NCBI GenBank assembly: GCA_023920165.1 | Contig: CP089274.1 | Location: 558,001 to 622,000 of the forward strand | Direction: 5' to 3' | DNA: 64,000 nt | Source of the DNA: Curvularia clavata | Taxonomy: Eukaryota | Program-made: the position numbers and the translations under genes | Shown: in pieces, positions 35,332-47,087 of the stretch | How positions within the stretch are numbered: the stretch's first letter is position 1 | Layout of the letters: the number at the start of each line of letters is the position of its first letter | The notes under the pieces: model-generated | Databases searched by the model: none | The model's input: the letters and a program-made list of their open reading frames with translations, nothing else | Told to the model about the DNA's origin: nothing

Positions 35332-35895
35332 AGTGCTGCCCAGTCACATGCATCGCAGGAATGATACATTCCAAAATTCAATATCAGCAACAAAGTAAAT
35401 CAAGTGGATTCTCCATATGATAATCTCTACCCTGATTCTCCAAACTTACCGTGCTCACACGCTAGTCATTAAACCAGCTCCTCGATTCCGATTGCACATA
35501 TGAATTCCCAGTAATATGGTATTGCATTCACAACAGCCATTCTTTTATCGTTTTGCAGAGGAACGCATTCAGTTCGTCAAAAAAGTATCACTAGCATCTA
35601 GCATCCAGTCATCGCCGTTCGCTCTGAACATTGAATGCCGCTCACGTACACCAACCCAACCAATACCTACACATTCACACCAAAACGCCCGACAGCGACC
35701 ACCCAAGTCCTATAATAAGACATGAATCCCAGTGTGTTCACTAGGTCTCCGTGCAATATCTCAGCTCCCACCAAGAAATCGTGCAAAAGCGAGAAATACA
35801 ACCCATATATCCATACCATACTCACCTCCCAACCTCCTTGCCTACCCAGCAAATTCTTCAACCAACCCCTCCCTTGAAGAAAAGGGATAAACATA

Positions 35896-36241
35896 ATGTC
35901 CCAAACAACCCCCGACACTCTCCTCAAGCTCGCGGGAGAGCTTTCTGGCCTCGGTGTATCTCTCTCAGCCGCCGGTACAAAACTAGCCGCCGCCGCTGCA
36001 GTCCTGGAGCAAGAAGCAGCGAATGTCGCGCTGGCGAATGCGCAGAGATGGGGTGTAGATGTGCAAGTAAGTTCATGCCACTCCCATAACCTTGCTATAC
36101 CTGCCTTTTGTCTGGGACAGTGATGTTAGTTTGATGCTGATGGGGATATAGGTTGCCGTTCGAGCCGGACCGGGCATGTATAATGGACAAGGACAGGGTC
36201 AGGGACAGGAGGTTGTTGTTAATGGGGTAAAGAAAGACTGA
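35896..36241 (+). CDS. Small two-exon orphan protein (about 86 aa)
   Basis: TATAATAA at about 35711. Exon 1 is 35896-36066. Intron 36067-36151 reads GTAAGT...GCTGAT...TAG. Exon 2 reads in frame VAVRAGPGMYNGQGQGQGQEVVVNGVKKD*. Confidence 0.55.
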
Positions 36242-37134
36242 TACTGGTGTGAGAGATAATCGAGAGGGTACTGCGTTGGAAGCGATAGAAGGAGGGATTG
36301 GGGACAGATGGCGAATGTCTGGTATGGAATGCACTATGGATTATCCATTAGTGGTACCTAACCGCCTTCTTTACTCTGTAATTTTAGTTCAATCATGGGA
36401 TATAAGATCCCGATTTTCAAACAGTTGTTTCCTATTATCATATTTTCCGCGCCTTATAACCTTCCTTTTTGTTCAAATGTGACAATGTGAGCTGACCGCG
36501 TAAACATTCTCCCGCATGACACTGGTTGGGATCTAGAGTGAAAATCTTATCAGATCGTACGATCAGATCCGAGCTCGGAGGTAAGTGAGGCCAATCACAT
36601 CACTTATGTGGTACTCTCTGATCCGAACAATCTCCTAGCGCGGTCTCGACGAGAAACAATTGCAGCCTTCTAGCGGACCTGCAAGGGATTGTGGTGTGAC
36701 TATGGCCCCTTCTCGGGGTTGACCCGACTTTCGAGGAGGCACTCGGCCCAATGGCAAAATTATCTGCATGACCCTCTAGTACTAGTCACCAACACAAGCA
36801 CAAGGAATTAACAGATTGAGGGGAATTTTGCGTATGTTGAATTAAGAGATTCTTTCTCTCGAATTAGTCTATCTGGTGATGATCAAGTGTCATCCGAATA
36901 TCGTTGTAAAGCGCTCGCTAGTTAATGTTACTGGCATGAAAGAAAAAGCCGCCCTGACGTGATTCATAATTGATTTTGGATACTCTGATGCTTTTTCCAT
37001 GTGCCATGCAAGACCATTTATGCAGAATGAGACACTTGGGTCTGAAACAATGACTGCTGAGGGGACATGGAATTACAGCGCCTAAAGAGATGTAGAGGGG
37101 TATCAAAAGACGGGGAAGAGACACAGTGCAAGCT

Positions 37135-38882
37135 CTAAGCTTCCAGCATCGGATGGTCAACTGTCTTCTTCATAGGTGTGGATGACTTTCGTCGCCGCTC
37201 CTCTGCCTCCTGAACCAAACGCGCGTAGGTGCCATCGGACGGACGGGGCTTGATAGGACCCGGAGCATGCTGCAGAGTGGTGAGGATGCTACTAGCATCC
37301 AGCTCCATGGCACTGTACATGCCAGGTTCCATGGTAAAGGTGTTCCTTCGAGCATCCTCTTGTGCAAAAGTCGGGGGAACGGGTTTGAGTTGACGCCAGT
37401 CCATTTCGGTGTCAACTCGGCCAACTAGAAGCTTGAAAGCATCGCTGCAGCCAACGGTCTCTCCGCGACTAGTCGGAGAGGGAGCAGGATTGCTCATTTC
37501 AATGCTGGTAGAAGCCTTGGGTTCCATGGTGCCGAGCGTGACACTCTTACTTGAGTTACGTCTTGAGTTTGGCGGCGTCGCCTCGCTACGAAGCTGTGCG
37601 ACCCTCTGGCACCAAGCTCGCTGCTCAGGATTTGCTTGACAGTCGGCACAAGACCCGGGTCCAGACATAGCCACGTTTGGCTTGACATCCTCAGTGGACG
37701 ATGCAGTTACGATGCGTGCTAAAGACGAGGTTGCATCTCCAGCTTCAGAGCGCATGCTCCTACATATACAAGACTCTGGCTGACCTGTGCAAAATCCACA
37801 ATCGGGAAACTTTGTATCTTCGCCAGATGACAGGACTTCTGCAGGGTTCGCCTCATGGGGTTTTGGCTTACGGAAGGCAGAGGTGAAGTCTGTTTCAAAC
37901 TCGGAATGATCGCGAGGCTTCTCCTGATCAGATTCTCCTTGACCATCATGCAGAATGCCAGTCATGGCATCGCCATGGCCGTGGAAGGTCACATCATTCG
38001 TCATCTCTGCCAAACACGCACAATGGTCTTTTGTGCAACGGTCGCAACCCGAGTCCGTGGGCTGCGGGCTGGGAACAAGGGCCTGGGCATCGAAGTCGGT
38101 GTCGAATGCTCTGCGGAAGGGGATATCATGGCGTGGGTCATAGACAGAAAGCGACTGGGGCTGGCCAATTATTGGACCCAACGGTGCGTGTCTATGGAAG
38201 CCTCCGGTTTTGCATTGCTCGAGTTCAGCTCGTAGCTCACAATTCGTTCTCTCAAGTTCTTTGACACGTGCGTTCAAGAATTCGAGTTGTTCTATGTAGT
38301 GGGCGGATTGTCTTGCGAATTCGTTGGTCTTTTCCTTAAGTTGCTCGTTGGTCGAGTTCAACGATGCCTGCAGGTCCAGAACCGTCTTCTGCTTGCGCTG
38401 GCGAAAGTTACGCTGTGAGGCTCTGTTCTGGGCCTTGCGCTTGGATTCTGGCTCTTCGGTGGCAGGCTTGCGGCCAGGCTTGGGCCGTGGTGGCACTACA
38501 TGGGTTTTGCTGAGTGGGCCCCCTCCAGACTGGGGAGGGCCAGCGTTGTTGGAGGCGGGAGACGCCGTGGTGACAGTGTCTTGTATAGGGACGGCGGGGT
38601 TTGGGACAAGGTCTGCGAGGCTGTCAGCGAGTAATTCTTGGAAAGAGAGGTCGTCAGAATCGACTATCTGTAATGCGCGCGCGTGCAACCATGGTGTCTT
38701 GGAGCCGACAGCCGCGGTGAACCGCGGGTACATGACTGAGGAAAAGCAAAGGGTGCACACTCACGTCGACTATGGCGGCGGAAGTCAGTATTTGCAGGAG
38801 AGGCGGGGGAAGCTGGCGAGGGAGCTGAAGAATGGTAGCTCGCAGGCGAGGATGCTGCAGCGGCTTGGTTGGCGAGCATCAT
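37135..38882 (-). CDS. hapX: HapX-like iron-regulatory bZIP transcription factor
   Basis: Hap4-like segment PPRPKPGRKP directly precedes the basic region KRKAQNRASQRNFRQRK and a coiled coil. Cys-rich regions CDRCTKDHCAC, CGFCTGQPESCIC and PGSCADC. First exon MMLANQ..HSR|GTGAGT splices in frame to acceptors near 38639 or 38615. Orthologue versus paralogue is uncertain. Confidence 0.8.
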
Positions 38883-38937
38883 GGGCAGCGGCGTCGAGTA
38901 CAGCGGGGGCAGCAAGTGCGAATGAAGAGGCACCGTG

Positions 38938-38968
38938 TTATCAGATGAAGATCCTGGAATTATCAGAT
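38938..38968 (-). promoter_or_regulatory. Two ATCTGATAA (SreA-type GATA) sites upstream of hapX
   Basis: TTATCAGAT at 38938-38946 and 38960-38968 on the + strand gives exact ATCWGATAA matches 22 bp apart, 56-86 bp upstream of the ATG. Confidence 0.75.
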
Positions 38969-41725
38969 CGAACCATCAGGACCCCGGCGGGCCGAGCTCG
39001 GAGCGGAGCGGGAAAACTTACCGAGCGCACACCCGTAGCCCATCTCTACGCCGACATCAAGCGCTCCAAACGCCAGAGATGGCCATTGGGATTGCATGTT
39101 GAAGTCCATCGTAGGACTGACCATTGTGAGGCTGCTTTCTGGATGGCAATCGTCTGCCTGAGAGCAGGCTCGCAATTGTCAGACCCTCCTCGCACTTTAT
39201 ATACTTACTCTACTACGCTGCAATGTCGTTCATGGTACTGCCTCACTTGGTCCGCACTCGAGTTCTCCACTCTTCTCACAGCATGGGGCAATTCGAATAC
39301 ACTCGCAGGCCATTGACCAATCAAACAAATCGCGGCTTCAAGAAAACCATAGTTATCATGCCCTGCTGGTCCACAATTAACAACGTTCCGTCCAGCTTTT
39401 TGTGGATGTACGCTGACTTTGTTCTCCAAACGATTCGCGGAGTTGCAAGATAATTGAGGAATGAGAAACACCTTTTTACAAGGCAGCGGGGCAGGGCTCT
39501 GCTATATGAGTAGACTGCCATCCTCGTAGCTATGTGAATGCCAATTTCGTTTCGTTCCAACTGTCACACGCTTCCTGGCTGTGCTCTCGTAGGCATCAGG
39601 CTTCGCTAAATACACGCACTGCTAACAATCTACAAATTCATAGAAAGTTCAAATTGCCTTTTCAAGCAACAACCGGCGACCAAATTTCACGATAAATGGA
39701 TACAAGGCCCCATTTGAAGCCTGCAACAAGGCAGTTAGACTCATCGTACTAGCCTCACTGATTAATTGAACCGTGGGAAAATCACTTTGCGAACCAGGCA
39801 CCACTGAATACCACAAGGCAAAAAGGCAAGATCATCGTTCTTCCTTCAGCGAGATACGGCGCCTCGTCTGAGACTCGCAACTTCGGCTCCCTGGGTTACC
39901 CACAGTATCCACGCGGTCCGCACTACAAGGCCGTTGTCGATCTTTGTGGATTTCGGTAGTTGCTCGCTTCATGCTCAAAGCTGTGCTACAACTTGGTACG
40001 ACGTGTCGTCTTGAGTGAACCAAGTGAGCATAGTGAAAAACCAGTACCTCAAAAGCTGGTCTCGGCAGTCGGCGGCTAATCCAACTCAAGGACCAGATCC
40101 AAAGCTTTATGACTCTTTCAAAATCGCGTTGAAGAACAGCGCCACACAAATTTCAAGCCACAAGGGTTCCATGGCTTCACACCGGAGGAGCAGTCAACTG
40201 ACCGAGATCGCTCGTCAAAAGCTCCCTCAAACACCTAGGTCCGTGCACTCAACGCAAGCCCATCTGTGCAAGATACTCTAATGGTACATTACATCTCTAC
40301 TGCCCAACAATACCTCCAAAATCAGCCCGCACTAACCAGAGGGTAGCGCGCGCACCTCTCCGTATTCTATCCATAAGAATACGGTAACATAGCAAGCTGG
40401 TAATCTCACTGTCGTTGTCTAAGGATGCAATACACTTCCACCGCCGATGCCTCTCTGAGCTAAACTGCGCACAGTGGGGCCAGCAAGACACTGTATGTAC
40501 GGCAGCATGGTATCATGCGATCAGCAGTGATCACCAAGCAGAAAATCCACCACTTGTCCTTGTCTTTCCTTCACCGACTAAACCTTCTTCTGTGGCGCAG
40601 CTGCTCAAAGCGCTAGATTGCCCTTGCGATCACTTGCCCTGTTCAGAGACGCAACGGGTAGGCCCACCTCAATACCGTATCACTTAGTAACTGAGGTCCA
40701 GTTTTCATTTCGGCAATGCACAGCACATCTTGGGTATCTAAATACTCAACAGCATCTTTCTCAGGCTCAGGAGCGGCCTTTTCATGGCCTGTTGCAATTT
40801 CCTCGGTGACACCCACCGATGGACCTACCCAAGCATGAACGGCACGCTTTCTTGCCCCATCGACATGGCATCAAAGCCAGAGCTACTTTCAGACGGAAAC
40901 CAAACTCAAAAAGGTACATCTTGCACCATGCTCTCCAGTGCCAATCCATGCACTGTCATCTTCACTCCCATATGGAAGACCACGTGACTGTGGACTGGTT
41001 CATGCAGACGCGCCAGATCAGGCAGACATTTCACGCATGAAATTCTAGTTAGCGAAAGGCTCTTGCTGACCAAACTTTCTTCGGTTGACCACCTCTGGAC
41101 ATCTTGGTTGATGAAGAGAAGGAGAGCCATGGTACATAGGGCACACTGGCACTCCCGTCACCACATAGGCCTCAATCATCTCTAGCCTGGGCACCACCAG
41201 ATGGTAATGAGAATCGAATGCAAGCACTGATATTGGCCGAAACATCAAGAATCGTTGTCCAAGTGATCAAAGTGTTCCCTTGGAAACACTCTCGTCACGC
41301 ACGCACCTCAGTATCCACTCCTTCCATGTTTCTAAGCCATATCCCCATCGCTCTCAGGTGTCCCACAGGTTCGGATACACCTTCCGTACCCACCGCCAGA
41401 CAATCGGATACGGGTCAATCTCGAGCTCAAGCGTGAATAAAGCTTGCAAAGGTAAGACATGCACGGAAAAGGACTAAGAAAGGCAATGCACTAAGGAATC
41501 AAGACCAGAAGTTTATATCTCTTTCTGTTATCGTCACGATGCTTTCTATGATGTCACTGTTCTGACGAGCGAGACGAGGCTGTGAGCGCCGTTCTCTTCC
41601 GCTGGATCATATGTAAATGGCATGATGGCCCCATCCAAACCACGTTTACACATCTACCTGCTCTTCCGTTTCGCCGCTCAACGCCCAAAACACCAGGATG
41701 CACCTTACAATTGGACCCAGAAGGC

Positions 41726-44000
41726 CTAGGCACTAGCCCTGAATACGACACTGTTCCCATGTCTCCACCTAATCGTCTCCCTCGCGTTCATTACATGTAG
41801 TGCGCGCGCAAGGGCCTGTTCGGAATAGCCCTTTCCGTCTACCATTTCGCGTTTGAGCGTCGAGAGGTTCACTTGCCATCCGATGGGCATACGTCGTCGG
41901 AGCTCCTCTTCCACTTTGTTAACTTCGTCCATGAGTTCCTTTGAGCTTTGGCCTTCGCCTTGATTCACAGCATCCATGGTAGACGCCAGGAAGAGGCGAA
42001 TGGCTTCATCGACGTGTGATTCATCGGCGATAGGCGAGAGAGATAGCTTGGCAAGTGACTCGGTGATACGGATAATGGCCTCGAGTTGACGCACGGTGAT
42101 GGGAATACTCGACCGTTGATTAGCGTTGACTTCTGAAGCATGCACTTGCCGCCTGATGCTGACGAAGTGACTGGAGAGCTTCTCTGCTGCCTCTGGAGAA
42201 AGGCGTGGCGCACACCTTTGTCGGCAGTAAGTAATGTAGCGCTTCATCTTCTCAATGGGTATCTCGGCTTGGACGTTTTCCTCGACACCACGGCCACCCA
42301 TCGCTATGCCCATGACGTGCTTTGCTATCCGTTCGTCACGACCACGGTCATGCTCGTCGCGAACAATGAAAATCATGTCGAAACGTGACAGAATGGTAGT
42401 TTGGAAATCAATGTTTTCACCAGGTGTCTTCATGTCGTCATAGCGTCCAAAGATGGGGTTGGCAGCTGCCAATACCGAGGTTCGCGAGTTGAGAATTGTC
42501 GTGATACCTGCTTTGGCGATAGAAATAGTTTGCTGTTCCATGGCTTCGTGAATAGCTACTCGGTCCTCGTCGCGCATCTTATCGAACTCGTCAATGCACA
42601 CTACACCACCATCTGCGAGAACCATAGCACCTCCTTCCAGGTAAAACTCGCGTGTGTTGTGGTCACGCTGGACCGAAGCTGTCAAACCAGCAGCCGAAGA
42701 TCCCTTTCCGGATGTGTAGATAGCAATTGGCGACACCTTTTCGACGAATTTGAGCAACTGTGACTTCGCAGTACCTGGATCACCAAGAAGAAGCACGTTA
42801 ATGTCACCACGAAGCTTCATACCATCAGGTAGGATCTTCTTTGAACCACCCATGAGCAGGCAAGCAATGGCCTTTTTGATATCCTGGTTACCGTAGATAG
42901 AGGGTGCGATGCAGCGCGAAAAGACTTCGTAGATGTCTGGTCTTCGGCTCATCTCCAGGAATTCTTGCTCTTCTTCCTCGGTAAAGACAGCATTGCCCTT
43001 CGTGCCGTGATCCACCTCTGCGTGAATGCCAACAGCACGTATGTACGGGTTCCGAATGGCTACAGCAGCGTTGCCAGCACGCTTGGAGCCCTTTTGCTGG
43101 TAGATGGAGAAAATGCCCATGACGGAACACCGTGTGCCGGGCACAACGCGATTTGCTAGGTATCGGTCGGCAGAAATCATAATGTGGCGTGGTAGTTCAC
43201 CAACAGGGACCTGGTCAGGCGCTTCCTGCAGCTTGAGGACTTGCTGGTCGATGAACTGGCAACGCTCGTGCATAACATAGTAAGGATCTAGCGGGCATTG
43301 TTCGCCAGTCTCCCCCTCGCCCCTTGTCCTGCTACATGTCCTTGGAAGAGAGACACCTGAGAAGCCCCCCGCCACGGGTAGAATCTCTTCATGCTGGCAA
43401 TTCCGGCATCGGATAGCAAGCGCTGTGGATTTGGAAGAGAGTGTGGATGCGCCAATGATGATACCAGGTATGCGGACAAGTTGTGATACGTTTGTGGCAG
43501 TGAGGTCGCGAATGGAGAGCTCGGAAGCATTCGAGTGAAGAAGCAATTGGTGCTCAGGGAGCGAAATATTCTTTTGTGAGGGGTAGACAATGCGCTGCGT
43601 GCATGTCTTGAGGGCGGATTCAAACTGACTGTTGTTAGTGCATAACATTTAGAAGTCAGAATGCGACATACAAGAGGTATGATTTCAGCAGGATTCTGTC
43701 TAAGGTCATGTGCGAGCTCCGGGCTGTAGCTGATAAGGTGTGCTACATCAATGTCACAGTAGTACTGCTTCAGGAGCACGTTCTCGCGTATTTGATCTCT
43801 GATGACCCTATTAGTCCTACGCATATGCGCTCAAGGCTCTCTTTCAAGTACCTGTAAACGAAGATATTATCAAGGGTAAACTCCATAATAAAGTCCACCA
43901 AGGCTTGCTGCACGCGCGAGGGCGCAGCGGTATCCTGAGGGCCATCGCCTGCTTGACTGCCGAAGAGGCTGATTGAAAATGGAGTTTGTCTGTCCGCCAT
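41726..44000 (-). CDS. MCM5: DNA replication licensing factor MCM5
   Basis: Walker [20 protein letters not shown], arginine finger SRFD, zinc finger CRNC..C..CPLDPY, and MCM5-type [17 protein letters not shown]. Introns at about 43851-43802 and 43670-43626. Confidence 0.96.
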
Positions 44001-44075
44001 TTTCGTCTTGTGTCGTGAGTCGGTATGGTGTTGTGGGTGAAGGTAGAGGGGCAGACAAAGCCGTCGTTAGGGGCG

Positions 44076-44102
44076 ACGCGAATTGTGAAGTCGCGCTCGC
44101 GT
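44076..44102. promoter_or_regulatory. Cluster of three CGCG cores (MCB-like G1/S elements) upstream of MCM5
   Basis: ACGCGA at 44076, TCGCG at 44091 and CGCGT at 44098, 76-102 bp upstream of the ATG. MCB elements typically control replication genes. Confidence 0.5.
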
Positions 44103-44663
44103 TCCTGGTCTGAGCGTTGTCCATTAGGTGTCCGTCTTAGGTTTAGTGCTCCCCGCCTCAATGCCCCTCTCCTCCTTGTCGGATCAGCGAGTATACTCCG
44201 CAATGCCATCAAATGAAACAATTCTCTAAATTCAATCGAACCGAAGTAGAATGCACGGGTTGATAGATCTTGGGGAACTCCCGTAAGCTCTAAATGTTCA
44301 CTCAGAACCCGCGAGGCTTGGCGCAACAGAAGCATTTCTATGGCAAACAACGAAGGAAATGCCATCATATACAGGAGTTGAGTAAAGAGCATCAACTGAA
44401 CGCTGCGAACAGGATAAGTCTCCGAGTTTGAAAGAAATCCATCATCAGCTTCTGAGAAAGCTGCTCGAACGCACAAGTGAGACTAGGCTCACAACATTGC
44501 TGAACACCGGTTTAGTGGCTTTAGCACTGAGAATGCGACTTAGCTTTTTCTAAGGTACTCATGAAGGACTTTATTATCTCTCTTACCACATACATCGCAT
44601 TTGCAACTGATTCGTAAAGATATATTCCGCGCAGTGAAACTGCTTCAAGGCTAATGAAAGGAC

Positions 44664-47087
44664 CTATGCTCCACCAAAGTCGAACTCCTTTACTTCCCCA
44701 GCCTTCGTATCTAGCCTCATACGGCCATTAGTAAAGCCTTGGGCTTGTCCGAGGCTAGATGTAGAATTTCCACTTTGACCATATTTCAGCACGACAGGTC
44801 CACCAACCCGGCTTTCCATCTTCATGCGCACGAGCTTTCCATCCTTCCACTCAAGATCAAACACAAAACCCCCTCTTGCTGCGATTCCATTAACATAGCC
44901 ATTATTCCATTTTTCAGGCAAAACTGGTAGCAACCAGACTTCCCTCACGCCCTTGTCATCCACGATATGCGACTGTAGTAAACCTTCTGCGACGCCGCTC
45001 ACAAATCCCAGGTTGCCATCGATCTGGAAAATGCCTTCATTGACATCCATCAAGTTCTTGAAAACACTAGTGTTGAAGAACTGGAATGTGTTCTCTGCAA
45101 GCGCAGTCTTGTTTTGTAGACGAGCGTACCAGTTGATTGTCCAAGCGCGCGACCAGCCTGTGCCTGCGCCATTATGAGAGAGTCGGTCCTCGAGTGTAGC
45201 AGCCGCAGCATTGAAGAGCTTGGCGTTGTAGCCTGGAGCGCCAGGAGGAAGAATTTGGGTTCCTGGGTAGAGAGCGTAAAGATGCGAGACGTGGCGATGG
45301 CCTGGCTCGGCTTGCTTGTAATCTTGCATCCATTCCTGTAATGTACCTGGGTAGCGAGTCGAGTACCGGTAAGGCGGAAGCTTGGCTTGTGTATCACGGA
45401 TCCGTGTCAGCAATGTCGAGTTGGTAGTTGAATTTGAGAGAGTGGCGACAGCATTAAGATAGTTCGTAAACAGTTCGTTAAGAATCTCAATGTCACACGT
45501 GGGTGCAGTGTCGAAATTATAGGATTTACCATCGGGGCCCACATATGTGTTCTCTGGAGATACAGATGGGTTGGTAACAAGATACTCGGTTCCGTTGGTC
45601 TTGTACGGTTGAAGTGTGTCAAGATAAAACTCGATGGCTTCTGACACAATATGCAAATTCGAAGTTAAGAATTCTTTGTCACCGGTATACCAGTAGTGCT
45701 CGAGTACGTGGGTAGCAAGCCACCCAGAAGATAGTGTCCAGTATGTCGCGGGGAGGTAGTTGTCAACGGGCGCAGTGTCTCCCCAAAGGTCCGTATTGTG
45801 ATGGCTCATCCAACCAGATGCGTTGTACATTTTTTTCGCTGTGTGCGTGCCATCTTTGCGCATCAGTTCAAGATGATCGAATAGAGGCATATGTAGACTA
45901 GAGAGGCTAGTGACCTCTGCAGGCCAGTAATTCATCTGAAGATTGATGTTTACTGTGTATTTAGAGCCCCACAGCGGATCGAATTCTTTGTTCCAGATTC
46001 CCTGCAGGTTTGACGGTAGATTACCCGCGCGCGAAGAAGCGATAAGGAGGTAGCGACCGTAATTGTAAGCCAATGCCACCATACCAGGGTCGTTCGCACC
46101 TCGACGAGTTGCATTTATGCGTGCGTCAGTGGGTAGGCTGCTAGCTTGGAGATCTGGCCCATCCAAACTCAGTACGCTGGCATTGAAGAACGGCGCATAG
46201 TCGTCGACATGGCGTTTTCGAAGTTCTTCGTATGTGTACTGGCGAGCCTTTTGTATGGTGTTATCCACAGCAGCTTTCGTGTCATTGTGGCGATACGAAG
46301 TTGCCGCTGCAAAGAACGCGGTCGCCTCAGTTGCATTCTCCACAACGATGAACTCGCCAAGTGTCTTGACATGGCCGTCCGACTCTACTGCTAGAGCAGT
46401 AGTATACACGACTGGTTGAATACCGCCAGTTCCACCTGTCATGTACGTCCAACCGTTCTCATTCCATTCTTGGTCAGACGCCTCATTCAAACCGTCTTTG
46501 GGTCGATGTACACGTATCTGGAAAGATAGCTTCCCGTTGCCAGTCGCTCTCAAATGGTGCACGAAAACATCATCTGGCGCCGATACGAACATTTCTCTTT
46601 CGTAAAGGGTACCATTTACTTGAAAACGTACCCCAGCCACAGCTTCCTCGAGATCCAACCATCTTTGATACGAAGCCTTTTCGTATTTGCTCGTCCCGTC
46701 GAAAGATATCTCCATATTTCCTAATGTTTGATAGTTCCTGCATGATTGCGGAGTGCCCATCATACCCAGGTTGGCCAACTTTTGCGCACCAGCAGGGTCG
46801 CCTCGAGCAAGCAAGTCTCGAACTTCCGAAAGTGTTTGTGAGCCGTCCTGACTGACCCGATCTCTCCGACCTCCTGACCAAATGGTTTCTTCGTTGAGTT
46901 GGATAGTTTCCGCTGTGGGTACGCCAAAGACCATTCCACCGAGGCGTCCATTGCCAATGGGAAGAGCATCTGTCCAGGTACTAGTAGATGCGGGAGCGGT
47001 ATACCAAAGTCTCGTGCTGTTTCCTGCTGTTGCCAATGGCACGAAGCCAGCAGCAACAGCGAGAATCGCTGTGGTCAACATTGTCAT
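44664..47087 (-). CDS. Secreted GH95 alpha-L-fucosidase / alpha-L-galactosidase
   Basis: Signal peptide, LWYTAPA..WTDALPIGNGRLGGM, QLNEETIWSG, YGRYLLIASSR, NLQGIWN, NINLQMNYWP, HRHVSHLYALYP, GWSRAW and FQIDGNLG. Intronless. Confidence 0.93.
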   Translation of the reverse strand: MTMLTTAILAVAAGFVPLATAGNSTRLWYTAPASTSTWTDALPIGNGRLGGMVFGVPTAETIQLNEETIWSGGRRDRVSQDGSQTLSEVRDLLARGDPAGAQKLANLGMMGTPQSCRNYQTLGNMEISFDGTSKYEKASYQRWLDLEEAVAGVRFQVNGTLYEREMFVSAPDDVFVHHLRATGNGKLSFQIRVHRPKDGLNEASDQEWNENGWTYMTGGTGGIQPVVYTTALAVESDGHVKTLGEFIVVENATEATAFFAAATSYRHNDTKAAVDNTIQKARQYTYEELRKRHVDDYAPFFNASVLSLDGPDLQASSLPTDARINATRRGANDPGMVALAYNYGRYLLIASSRAGNLPSNLQGIWNKEFDPLWGSKYTVNINLQMNYWPAEVTSLSSLHMPLFDHLELMRKDGTHTAKKMYNASGWMSHHNTDLWGDTAPVDNYLPATYWTLSSGWLATHVLEHYWYTGDKEFLTSNLHIVSEAIEFYLDTLQPYKTNGTEYLVTNPSVSPENTYVGPDGKSYNFDTAPTCDIEILNELFTNYLNAVATLSNSTTNSTLLTRIRDTQAKLPPYRYSTRYPGTLQEWMQDYKQAEPGHRHVSHLYALYPGTQILPPGAPGYNAKLFNAAAATLEDRLSHNGAGTGWSRAWTINWYARLQNKTALAENTFQFFNTSVFKNLMDVNEGIFQIDGNLGFVSGVAEGLLQSHIVDDKGVREVWLLPVLPEKWNNGYVNGIAARGGFVFDLEWKDGKLVRMKMESRVGGPVVLKYGQSGNSTSSLGQAQGFTNGRMRLDTKAGEVKEFDFGGA

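Noticed and set aside
36876..36957. Possible C/D box snoRNA (GTGATGA ... CTGA about 80 nt apart)
   Set aside because: No terminal stem and no rRNA/snRNA-complementary guide that I could identify; such boxes occur by chance. snoscan or Infernal would settle it.
38324..39316. 330-aa + strand ORF overlapping the hapX 5' region
   Set aside because: TTG start, GC-rich antisense to hapX and its promoter, and no protein-like features.
43844..44476. 210-aa ORF overlapping the MCM5 start
   Set aside because: TTG start, different frame across the MCM5 promoter and exon 1, and no motifs.
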